From Alphaproteobacteria bacterium (GTDB taxonomy: Bacteria > Pseudomonadota > Alphaproteobacteria > MPNO01 > UBA830), in the NCBI GenBank assembly GCA_964291215.2, contig OZ219791.1:3168001-3232000 (forward strand): a stretch of 64,000 nt of DNA. The letters run 5' to 3'. Every line of letters begins with the position of its first letter. Positions within the stretch are counted from its first letter, which is position 1. The notes under the pieces were generated by a model. The model had not been told where the DNA came from, ran no database searches, and was given only the letters and a program-made list of their open reading frames with translations. Position numbers and translations under genes: made by a program. Positions 1-9,299 of this stretch are shown here, piece by piece.

Positions 1-599
1 CGGTCGTCGTTGTCTACGGCGGCGATCAACCCCAGCGCCGGGGAACAGACAGACTGATCCCATGGAGCGAATTGCACGAGTTCGACTGGGGTGCACCGGA
101 ATGCATCGTCACTGTCCGATCCATCGGCCGGCTGGTCGCTGGAGCCAATGTGTTCGCACTGTTCCCCAACAAGACATGGAAGAACGCGGTCACGGACGAA
201 AGCGGCACGGCAATACTCGATTTGCATTCGGCTCAATTGCCGATGACCGTTTTCGTCGCCACAAACGGTTACGCGGCGCATGTGGAGACCATCTGGAAAC
301 CGGTAGACGGACCACTCGAGGTCGAATTGACAGAACTGTCCGATGGCGGCGCTGTCGTCTTCCCTAACGGTACGGGACATGTACCGATCCTGAAAGGCCG
401 GCTCAATCCGATCCCGGACGACCTCGACCACACATTTCTCTACACCGACAACATCGCCATCAATGACGGACTACAGCAGCCAGCGCGGTTCGTCCTCGGG
501 GAAGATTTGCACCTCAGCGATGCAGAGGGACAGGAGGCGACGGTCCGTATTGTCGCCATCGTCGGCCGCGCCGCCCTGGTACAGTATCGCCAGGCATGA
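1..599 (+). CDS. 5'-truncated CDS; probable C-terminus of an AAA+/DUF4143-type ATPase with an extra ~170 aa beta-rich C-terminal domain
   Basis: Frame of ORF 72..599 is open back to base 3 and reads VVVVYGGDQPQRRGTDRLIPWSELHEFDW, resembling the usual YGG...PW end of DUF4143 ATPases. Confidence 0.5.
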   Translation, partial: VVVVYGGDQPQRRGTDRLIPWSELHEFDWGAPECIVTVRSIGRLVAGANVFALFPNKTWKNAVTDESGTAILDLHSAQLPMTVFVATNGYAAHVETIWKPVDGPLEVELTELSDGGAVVFPNGTGHVPILKGRLNPIPDDLDHTFLYTDNIAINDGLQQPARFVLGEDLHLSDAEGQEATVRIVAIVGRAALVQYRQA

Positions 600-619
600 G
601 GGTCGCGAGAGAATGGAGT

Positions 620-652
620 CCCGCGTCGCCGACGACGTGTCGGCGACGCGGG
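620..652. terminator. Perfect 14-bp hairpin downstream of the first CDS (terminator-like or REP-like)
   Basis: CCCGCGTCGCCGAC-gacgt-GTCGGCGACGCGGG; no U-tract. Confidence 0.4.
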
Positions 653-777
653 CGGATCGCGGACTACACCGAAAAAGGAATGTAACTGCCCAGGTCTGCT
701 TCCGGCGATCAGCCACGGGTTATGGACTGAATCTTCCGGTCTGCTGCCGCGGACGCGGAGGCGAGCGGCGGGGGATT

Positions 778-2114
778 TCAGAGGCGCAGTCTCGGGATCA
801 GCTGCATGGGATCGGGATGCGCCAGGGTTTCGAGGACATTCCAGCGTTGCTTTCGGGCTGTTGCGATGACGGAACGCAGGCTGGCGAAGTCGCGGGCGCC
901 TTGCATTGATCGGAAGCCGCCCGAGATTTTCTGGCGCAGCTTGCCCATGCGGAGGTCGCGCTCGGCCTGGTTGTTCGAGAAGGGGGTTCTCGGGTCGGTG
1001 AGGAAGCGCAGGCAGCCCTCCTTGTATTTCTGGAGCCGGAGGGCGAGGTTGTGACCGATGCGGCGCTTTTGTCGTCCGTGCTTTCCGCTCTGGAGGGGCG
1101 CCATCTCTTCGTGAGAGGCGATGGCCTGCTCAAGGATGCGGTCCCAGGCTCGGGAGATGCGGGCCACCAGTGAAGCGGGCAGGTCGCGGTCATTCTTGCG
1201 GGCGAAGCGGGCGGCTCTGTTGGCACGGCTGAGGAGCGGGTGCGTGGTGGCTGCCCAGTTCTCGATCTCGATCAGGGCTTGGAGTTCGCGCAGGTGATGG
1301 GCATTGCAGGCCCCGTGGCGCACGCCTTGGAGAGCGAAGTAGGTGGCGTAGTCGTCATGGATGACGATGCCGTTGAGCTTCTCGTCGATGTGGCTGCGCC
1401 CGGCGGCGATGCGCAGGATGGTCAGCAACGGGGTGCACAGTACGTGGAGCCATTGGGTCCGGGCGGCGATGCGGATGCCGGTCTCGTCGAGGTGTTTGAC
1501 CGGGGCCGCGGTGCGGATGATCTCGCCGACACGGTCGAGGAAGCCCTCGAAGCGCCGGGCGGTGCGTCTGCCCATGGCGGCGATGGTGGCGGTTGAGAGC
1601 CTGACCGCGAAGAGGTCGCTCATGACTTCGGCGACGCGCTTCTCCGGAATGAACTGCGCGTGCAGCAGGTAGGTCACCCACGCGGTGATACGCGGCCCGT
1701 ACTGGACCGGGGCGCCGTTCGGGAAGACGGCTGTCGTCACGGTGCCGCAGGCGGCACAGAGGCAGCGGTGCTCGGTGACCTCAAGGGGCTGCGGCACATC
1801 GAAGACCTGCCGGCAGACGGGGGCTCGGTGACGCTCAGCGGCCGACAGCGGCGCGCCGCAGCCCGCACAGGCGCAGGGATCATGATCGACGACGTGGTCG
1901 GGCGTCGCGGTCCGCTCTTCTTCTTCAGACCGTCGCTGGCCGGCGACCGGGAGCTGGTGGTGCTGTCGAGCGCGGCACTGCGCTCGAGTTCGGCAATCCG
2001 CTCGCGCAAGTGGGCGTTCTCCCGCTCCAGCGCGTCGTTCTCCCTGACCAGCGCCGCGCTCAGGCGCAGCAGCCCCTGGCCCGGATGGCTTTGATGACCG
2101 TCATCGCCAGGCAT
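778..2114 (-). pseudogene. tnpC: IS66 transposase TnpC, frameshifted and internally deleted
   Basis: N-terminal coiled coil then LDSTTSSRSPASDG; HLDETG, HDDY, CNAHHLREL and NNQAERDLR motifs split across frames. Confidence 0.9.
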
Positions 2115-2182
2115 TGTGGGGTGAAAAGGTCCTGCAGGCACGCAAAAGCCTCGTCGTGGCCGGCGAGGTCCTCGCGCCACCG

Positions 2183-2842
2183 TCACAAGACCTCGCCGGC
2201 CATGATCGCGGCCAGCACCGCCAGGCGTTCGCCCGCCGGCATGGCCTCGTAGAGCCGGCCCCAGTTGGCCGCCTTGCGCTTGATGCGCTGGCGGTCGGTG
2301 AAGTTCCGGCCGGCGAAGCGCGCCCAGTGCACCCGGTCGGGCGCGAAGTTGAACCACACCACCTCGGTCCGCACCCGGGCCTGGGTCGTCACCTGCAGCG
2401 CCAGCCGGCGCCAGCCCGACAGCAGGTCGTCATAGAGCGCAGACGGGTGGCCCGAGACCATCACCTGGCAGGGCAGACCCTTGAGCAGCTCAAGCAGCGC
2501 GACGTGGTCGGCCTCCGCATACTCGAAGCGGTAGCGCTGCGACGAACGCCGGGTCGCGTGCAGATAGGGCGGATCGCTGTAGACCAGCTCCGGGCCCAGA
2601 AACGCAAACGACGCCAGAAAGGAGTGGGCGCAGCCATGCACCAACTCCACCGGGTAGTCGCAGCCAAAGGCCTCAAGCGCCCGCTCATCGAGGTCGATCC
2701 CGATCGAGCGCACGGCAGCAGGCTTGCGCTTCATCAGCGCACCGCCCCCCAGGTGACTCTCGATATAGACAGAGTGCGGCGGCATCAGCGCAATCAGCGC
2801 CTGGCTCAGACCCGTCGTCGCCTTCGATCCGAAATACCCCAC
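2183..2842 (-). CDS. Compact N6-adenine DNA methyltransferase (Dam/D12-like), IS66 passenger
   Basis: GYFGSK, YIESHLGGGA (SAM-binding), YSDPPY (motif IV), EVVWFNF; GTG start at 2842 after GGAGGAG RBS; uninterrupted 219 aa. Confidence 0.9.
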   Translation of the reverse strand: MGYFGSKATTGLSQALIALMPPHSVYIESHLGGGALMKRKPAAVRSIGIDLDERALEAFGCDYPVELVHGCAHSFLASFAFLGPELVYSDPPYLHATRRSSQRYRFEYAEADHVALLELLKGLPCQVMVSGHPSALYDDLLSGWRRLALQVTTQARVRTEVVWFNFAPDRVHWARFAGRNFTDRQRIKRKAANWGRLYEAMPAGERLAVLAAIMAGEVL

Positions 2843-2981
2843 CAGCCGCTCCTCCCATGCGAGAGGGCAACCCATAGGCGCGCGCGCCTATGCAGTCAAG
2901 GCCGAGAGCAGCGACACGGCGAACAAAATCAGCAAGCTCTCACACTTGGCAGGGTACCTGGGTAGTTACAAAGGAATAAAG

Positions 2982-4163
2982 GCCCCACTTCCAGTCTGAA
3001 GTGCAACACCCGGCCCTCATCGCAGTGAGGGCGTAGCCCGAACGGAGATGAGGGCCGGGTGTTGCGCAAATTTTTCCCCTCTGCCCCTCTCGATTCCGCC
3101 TGGGAACAGCTTCAGTTCCTTCAACATCGAGCTTATGCAACGCCTTTGTCGGCTTCAAGCCACTATTTCGCCGTCGCGCGGCATGGACCCTGCTGCACGT
3201 TGCGGCTGCGGAACATGGCGCAGATGGTCAGGGCGGTTTCACTTCAAGATTACCTCCGTCGGCGATCCCAGGACTTTCCGAGTGTTGAGCCGCACCTTCT
3301 GAACATCTTCGTTGCATGTCGCGCGAAAGTCCGTGCCCTTCGGGAAGTACTCCCGCACCAGGCCGTTGGTGTGCTCATTCAAGCCGCGCTCCCAAGAATG
3401 GAAAGGCGAAAAAGAAATCTGCGTCAAGTGCGACACGCCTGTGGTCTGCGAACTCCGTTGTCTGACGTGATTGTGTGGACCAATAGCGCACCAGAGCCGA
3501 GCAGGCGGATCATGACCGAACTAACCGTGTCTTTCTGTCCACCCAGCAAGGTGTATTTCGTGGCACGATCAACCAGCGACAGCTCCACTGTGAGCTTTGC
3601 CGATGATGGCTCCCAGTCGCCGACCCGTTCCTTTGCCTCCGCAGGGCGCTCGGAAATGTCCACCCGGCCGGAATGGCATCCGCCCTTCCAGTTCGGCTTC
3701 TTGCCGCGCCGCCGAAGCTTCAAGACGCCCCCGGCTCTCCGATCTTCGGCGATCATGAATCCGTTCACGGCCCTCCAGTCGAAAACGGCCGCTGCTCGGA
3801 GCCCTCCCGCAGCTTTTTCTGAGCTTCAACCCGAGGCGTCAACCGCCAGGAAACAGACGAGGCTGCCCTGCGTTTCTGCCATCCTTTGCGCCTGCTTGTG
3901 ACGGTAACCCCGTCCCCCGGTGTTGCGCTTGATCTCCCGGAAAATTGTTGATCGGCCCAGCTGCCGAGCAATCGCACCTTGTGAAAGACCGCTTTTCTGC
4001 CTCAATCTGGCATCGCTCTTCGTAGGTGACGGTAGCCTTTGGACATGAACAAGCTCCCTCCATCTTGTACAGGAACTCTCGCCGCTACCGCTCCGCAACA
4101 TCATGCGTCTAAAAACACATGGCCACAGCCCATCATGTGTTGCACTTCACTATGGAACGGGGG
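2982..4163 (-). mobile_element. IS30-family element with decayed transposase
   Basis: TIRs CCCCnnTTCCAnnnTGAAGTGCAACA at both ends; fragments YEERCQI, IARQLGRS..REIKRN, ERVGDWE, HTITSDNG, PFHSWERGLNEHTNGLVREYFPKG; long hairpin at ~3001-3067. Confidence 0.88.
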
Positions 4164-4174
4164 AGGACTTTCAA

Positions 4175-4544
4175 CCCAAGTTGGCACTTTTTGCGGCCTA
4201 GAATTTTTATCGCGTTGATATAACACGATTTTTTTGGTGACCCATTTCAACATGGCACTACATTCTGTTGAATTATGTCAGCTTGTGAGGCGGCTCCTCG
4301 TGCGGTGGGTTCGACACCAGCCGCCGAGGAGATTTCGGCGACCTCGGCGGTGCGTGTCCTGTTGGTTGACGATCAACGCGCCTGGCGCAGGCGCGTGGTG
4401 ACCCTGGTTCCGCATGCTCTCGCGGATTGATGTCCAGCACTTGTGGATGTCCTGCGCGGCCAGCGGATCAGATGCACCGCGGCGAGTACGGCGATCAACA
4501 GGTGGGCGGCGATGCGCTGGTTGAGCCGGGCGCAATCCGAGCTC
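4175..4544 (-). mobile_element. IS1634-family 3' remnant (copy 1)
   Basis: ELGLRP..RIAAHLLIAVLA..CWTSIRESM fragments; similar to 47736-48140; terminus CCCAAGTTGGCAC. Confidence 0.75.
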
Positions 4545-6132
4545 GTGCCCGACCGAAAAAGTACAATTATTTGACTCCAATACCTGAATCGTGGTATGGG
4601 TGAGGCGAAGATTCCCGCTTTGAGGTGGAAATCGGCCGGTTTGACCAAGAATCAACCGGATTTTCAGGAAACTTCGCGAGAATAGCCATGCGAGACGTCA
4701 TCCGCCCTCAGTTGAAATTGGGACAGGTTGCGATCGAGGAGATCGACCTCAACGAGAACTCGCGGGACGACATTCCGCCGATGCTGCGCGGGATTCAGCA
4801 CGTGTACGTCGACCCGGCTGTTCAAGATCCTGGAGGAGGGGATCCTTCCGAGAGGGTCCCACAGGAAAGGGTGTCCCGGCGCTGTGGAAGATCCTGGTGT
4901 CCTGAAGCAGGGCCTGGGGTATGACCTTGATCATCTGCACGAGTTGGTGAATGAGCACAAGACGGTTCGCAAGTTCCTGGGTCACATCTGGGACGACACA
5001 CGCTACGGGCTTCAGACGGTGGTGGACAACGTGAGGCAGCTGACGCCGGAAGTGCTGGGGAAGGTGTCGCAACTGGTCGCGGAGAGCGGCCATGCGATGG
5101 TCCGCAAGAGCGGCAAGGTCCCTTGCGGGGCCGCTGCGATTCGTTCGTGGTGGAGTGCACTACCCGACGGACATCGATCTTCTGTGGGATGCGATGCGTT
5201 GTCTGGTGCGCGATACAGGCCGCGCAGCCGTGCGTACGGAAATGACCGAATGGCGTCAGTGGAAGCATCAAACCCGGGTATTGCAGAAGCACTTTCAGAA
5301 GGTTCCCGCCGGGCTTCTTCGGAGGATGGTACCTCGACGCCAGCCGGGAGTTGGAGCGTAAGAGACGGTTCCGGTACTTCGGGAGAAGGGCGTCAAGGCC
5401 CTCGTGGTTCTCAAGGTCGTACCTCGAGCATGCCCGCCGACAGATCGGCTAGGTGGACCGTCGCCTAAGGCGAGAAGATCCCGCAGGAAGAGAAGGTGTT
5501 TTCGATCTTCGAGGAGCGCTGGTGCGTGAAAGGCAAGTGCCGATGGAACTCGGCGTGCCGGTGGCCGTTCTGGAGGATCAGCACGGCTTTCTCCTGCACC
5601 ACCGGATCCTGTGGGAAGGCAGTGACGTGGACCATGCGGTGCCCATGATCCGGGAAGCACAGGCCCGCTTCCCCGATCTGCGCCTGTGCAGTTTCGATCG
5701 CGGGTTCCACAGTCCTCGGGTCGCACTGGACGAACTGCTGGACATGCTTCCGAAGAAGGGGAAGCTCTCTCGGGCGGACCGGGAACGGGAAGCCGAGACG
5801 ACGTTCCGGGAGATGCGCCAGCAACATCCGGCCGTGGAGTCGGCGATCAACAATCTCGAGCAACGCGGCATGGACCGGGTTCTGTCCTATGGGGCGGCGG
5901 GGCGGGGGCGGGGACGGCTTTGCGCGGATGGTGGCGCTGGTGGCCTTCAATGTCCACCGCCTGCTGCTGCACAGGGAGGCCCAACGACGACGACGCGTCG
6001 CCTGACGGGGGGGCTCCCATACCCGTACGCAACCCGATCAAACGGAAACGGAGCGCTCGGCGGCTCCGGGGGGCGATCAAACCCGAAATTTCGCCGGAGG
6101 ATCAGCCAAAACAGGCATTTCCGGGCAGGCAC
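4545..6132 (+). mobile_element. ISNCY (ISDol1-like) element with decayed transposase, inserted in the IS1634 remnant
   Basis: Imperfect TIRs GTGCCCGACCGAAAA / GTGCCTGCCCGGAAA; 6-bp TSD GAGCTC (4539-4544, 6133-6138); SRDDIPPMLRGIQHVY, HYPTDIDLLWDA, CSFDRGFHS, HPAVESAINNLE. Confidence 0.8.
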
Positions 6133-6153
6133 GAGCTCGGGATGCCTCGCCGC

Positions 6154-6834
6154 TTATTGCAGGGCCCGCTTTTCGTAAACATGCGTCACCCGCTCGCCGT
6201 CCCAGACGTAGCTGAGATGGCGTTCCTGGCGGCAGTTCGAGAGGAGACGGGGCTGGAACACGGCCGCGCATTCGCCCCCCTCCCGGCGGATGCTGTCATA
6301 GACGATGCCGTTCGAGCCCTCCTGGCGCAGAACTCCCGCCAGATGCCGCCCGGCGGCATGGCTGTCTTCGCGATAGACCAGCGGGTAGTCGGATTTCCGG
6401 CCCCGCAGGTCATGCAGTTCGCCGTCCAGATCGACGGCATATACCCGCATGTCGAATTCCATGCGGGCCTGCGCAGCGTCACGCAGGAACCGCTCCCGGT
6501 GATGCTTGGTTTCCGCAATGGCGGTCTTGAGGTCGTTGCCGGCGTAGAAGACGCCCCACGAGCCGTCGGAAAAACGGCTGCCCTCCGGGTTCAGATGCGT
6601 GAACGCCGCCATGATCGCGCTCGAATCCGGACCGCTGACGCGGTCTTCGAGGGGAACGAGGCGGATGTCTCCGACCTCGTCCCGAAGCCGGGGATTGGTC
6701 AGCGACTCAAGCTCGTAGATTGCCTCCAGATCGCCGGGATCGGATACCCGCTCGAAAAGTTCGATGGGCGGAAAGCGGCTGGGGATGATCCGCCAGCACG
6801 GCTTCCATTCGACCCTGACGACAGGGAGACTCAT
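6154..6834 (-). CDS. RES-domain toxin (NAD+ phosphorylase type)
   Basis: RIIPSRFPPI, SRFSDGSWGVFYA, AIAETKHH, GIVYDSIR motifs; overlaps antitoxin stop. Confidence 0.92.
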   Translation of the reverse strand: MSLPVVRVEWKPCWRIIPSRFPPIELFERVSDPGDLEAIYELESLTNPRLRDEVGDIRLVPLEDRVSGPDSSAIMAAFTHLNPEGSRFSDGSWGVFYAGNDLKTAIAETKHHRERFLRDAAQARMEFDMRVYAVDLDGELHDLRGRKSDYPLVYREDSHAAGRHLAGVLRQEGSNGIVYDSIRREGGECAAVFQPRLLSNCRQERHLSYVWDGERVTHVYEKRALQ

Positions 6835-7235
6835 GCCCAGCCGCCGCGCTGCGCATCAAGATACTGCCGGACAACGAACAGGTCCGCGACCTGGCCCGAC
6901 AGCATCCTCTCGAGTGGTGACCGGCCCCCGAAGGAATGCGCCGTATTCGGCCGCTTCACCCACTCGTCCGCTGCCGTCTCGTCCGGCAGCAGGATCTGGA
7001 GTGCCTTGTAGATGCCGAGTATGTACGAGATGCGTTCCAGCGTGTCCTTCGGAAGGACTGCTTTCGGGTTTTTCTTCCACTTGAAGAAAGTCGAGCGCGC
7101 CGTGACGCCGAGAAGCGCCATCTGCTCGTCCACCGAGAGGCTCCAGAGCGAGGCAATACGGAAGAAGGCACGCAGGGCGGGACCGGACAACCCTCTCCGG
7201 TCGACTGCCGTCGCAGGCACGGCACGGACTTGCAT
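6831..7235 (-). CDS. Xre/MbcA/ParS-type antitoxin
   Basis: DTLERISYILGIYKAL, WVKRPN..FGGRSPLERM; ATG at 7235 after GGAGG. Confidence 0.9.
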   Translation of the reverse strand: MQVRAVPATAVDRRGLSGPALRAFFRIASLWSLSVDEQMALLGVTARSTFFKWKKNPKAVLPKDTLERISYILGIYKALQILLPDETAADEWVKRPNTAHSFGGRSPLERMLSGQVADLFVVRQYLDAQRGGWA

Positions 7236-7311
7236 GGTGTCCTCCACATTCGGTTCTCGTTGATAGCATAATCCAGATATGGATATATGCAAGTGGAACG
7301 ATTGGAGAGAC

Positions 7312-7735
7312 TAGGACTTTCCCACGCTGCATTCGATCTTGCCGACTGCTGATGGAGGGAGGCTGCCCAGCCTGTCGGGTTTTCTGGCTTTGGGGCCGTC
7401 CGCGGTCGCCGCCGGCGGCGTTATCGGCGCGTGGGCGGGTTATTTTCGGGATGTAGGCGGGTTGTGGGCGGCGTCCGGGAATCGGCCGGACGCCATTGGC
7501 GCTCAGGGCCGAGTCAGAGCTGCGACGGCTTCTCGGCGGTCGAGCCGCCGCCGTGTTTCGGCGAGGCTCTCGCGTCGGTTGGCGAAGATCACCGCGAGCA
7601 CGATGTTGTTGAGGCTGGCGCGGTTTGCGTGTCAGGCAGGCGTCTTCGCCGAAGACGCAGTCTCGGTGGTTCATGTTTTCCACAGCCCGCGGCCGCAGCA
7701 GTTCCTCTGGCGACGCGTGTTGCGCATCGAGCGAG
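7312..7735 (-). mobile_element. ISAs1-family 3' remnant
   Basis: SLDAQHASPEELL..AVENMNH.RDCVFGEDACLTRK..NIVLAVIFANRRESL; homologous to 31791-32221. Confidence 0.75.
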
Positions 7736-8083
7736 CATCCATGTTTCTTGGCAAGGTTTTTGCGGGTGTCTGTGGTGATGTTTTCTGTGGTTGTCCACAA
7801 GCGGTGTGGGGTTTGCTCTGCGAGCGAGGCGACATGAAGCTTGTGGTCCCGGCGGCGGGTTGCCGTCCATTGGTCACGTGAACGCGGCTACCTTGCCGTC
7901 CCCGGGCATGGTAACGTGACCGTCCGGGTTCCAGGTGTTCCAAGGCGGTTCGATCTCCTTGATGTCGACCTCGACGATGATCTGCAGACATTCTCCCCAA
8001 GTCGTGTCGTAGAGGGAGACTGTCGAGACAGTCCCGATCCTCTCGGCAGGGGTGAGGGCCATGAGGGTGTCTCCTTCGCTCAC

Positions 8084-8810
8084 TCACCGGTGCTTCAGGC
8101 AACGCTGCTGTCGCAGCAGGGTGTTCGCCAGAGCTTGCGCATCACGGCGACAATCGCGACCTTGCTTGCCGGCAGTCTTGAGGCGCACCAGGTCCGTGTT
8201 GAAGCGTGCCGGTTGCGGCCATGAACAGGAGATCGCGTGGCCTTCGGCGCCCGCCACGGATGTGCCGAGCACCGTGGTCGTTGGCCATCGGCGCCACCCC
8301 GATCAAGGCTGCCGCCTGCCGACGCTGCCGAGTTCGGGCATCCAGCAAAGAAGGGCCGCGGCGGTCACCGGATCGAGGTCAGGATGGCGTACCTCTGCTC
8401 GGGATCACCGGTGATCACCGCTTTGATCGCCGCGCCGGCAATGCGATCATCGAGATCGGCCGCCGAGGCCCTTGTGACGATCTCGCCATCCACCTCATCT
8501 GCCACCTGCCTCAACTTGGCGTCGACAAGCGCGGCACGCGCCACCAAGAGATCCTCCAGGCTCTTGAGGAAGGCATCCTGAGGAGCTACAGGCTCAAGAT
8601 CGCCCAGCCGATTTTGGCCAGCGCGTCGACGCGGTCGGTCTTCGCCAGATGGCCCATCGCCTCGGCGAAGCCCGCAACGGGTTGACGAGAATAACCTCGA
8701 AGCCCCGGTCATGAAGACACTGGTGAACCTTGCGGTGATAGCGGCCTGTCGCCTCCATTACCACCCGGCTCACACGGTGATCCCACGCTGCTAATCCGGC
8801 GACGACTGGC
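8084..8810 (-). pseudogene. IS110-family transposase remnant
   Basis: VMEATGRYH, AKTDRVDA, ILTSI, RQAAALIGVAP, IRGGRRRPRDLLFMAA, AIVAVMRKL scattered over frames. Confidence 0.85.
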
Positions 8811-8820
8811 GAGATTTTCT

Positions 8821-9167
8821 CAGTTTGCGTCGCGCTGCAATCGTGCCGCCAAGGCTCGATGGGACCTTCTTGGCACGAAAATTGCGATCAAGGAGGCGAT
8901 CTGTGATGACCCGAGCCCCAACGCATTTCGCGTCTCTGAATTGGCATGGGATCGTCGTGGCCGAGAAGCCGTCGCAGCCCGGCCCTGAGCGCCAATGGTG
9001 TCCGGCCGATTCCTGGACGCCGCCCACAACTCGCCCACATCCCGAAAACAACCCGCCCGCGCGCCGGCGACGACCGCGGACGGCCCCGAAGCCAGAAAAC
9101 CCGGCACGCTGTGAAACCTCCGGACAACAGAAGACAGCAAAATGGAATGCAGCGTGGGAAACACCTG
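8821..9167 (+). mobile_element. ~350-bp internally deleted ISAs1 derivative (MITE-like)
   Basis: Ends CAGTTTGCGTCGCGCTGCAATC and (reverse complement) CAGGTGTTTCCCACGCTGCATTC; 3' 200 bp match 32030-32221; no TSD seen. Confidence 0.6.
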
Positions 9168-9299
9168 GTGATTGCAAGAAGGGGATTGATAATCGAAATG
9201 CGGTTGTGCTATCAGGCCGTGCCTCGTCCTGTGCCATTGCTGGACGCATTGTTGGCGCGGTATTCTGGACTGCACCGCCGGACGGCGGCAAATGGAGGG

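Larger units (their letters stand above)
682..2969 (-). mobile_element. IS66-family element carrying a DNA adenine methyltransferase plus tnpC
   Basis: TIRs GTAACTGCCCAGGT (682) and GTAACTACCCAGGT (reverse complement, ending 2969); 8-bp TSD AAAGGAAT at 674-681 and 2970-2977. Confidence 0.92.

Noticed and set aside
3001-3067. Long hairpins here and at 41720-41758 and ~53410-53468 as ncRNAs
   Set aside because: All lie inside IS30/IS256 boundaries near the ends, where such palindromes are common
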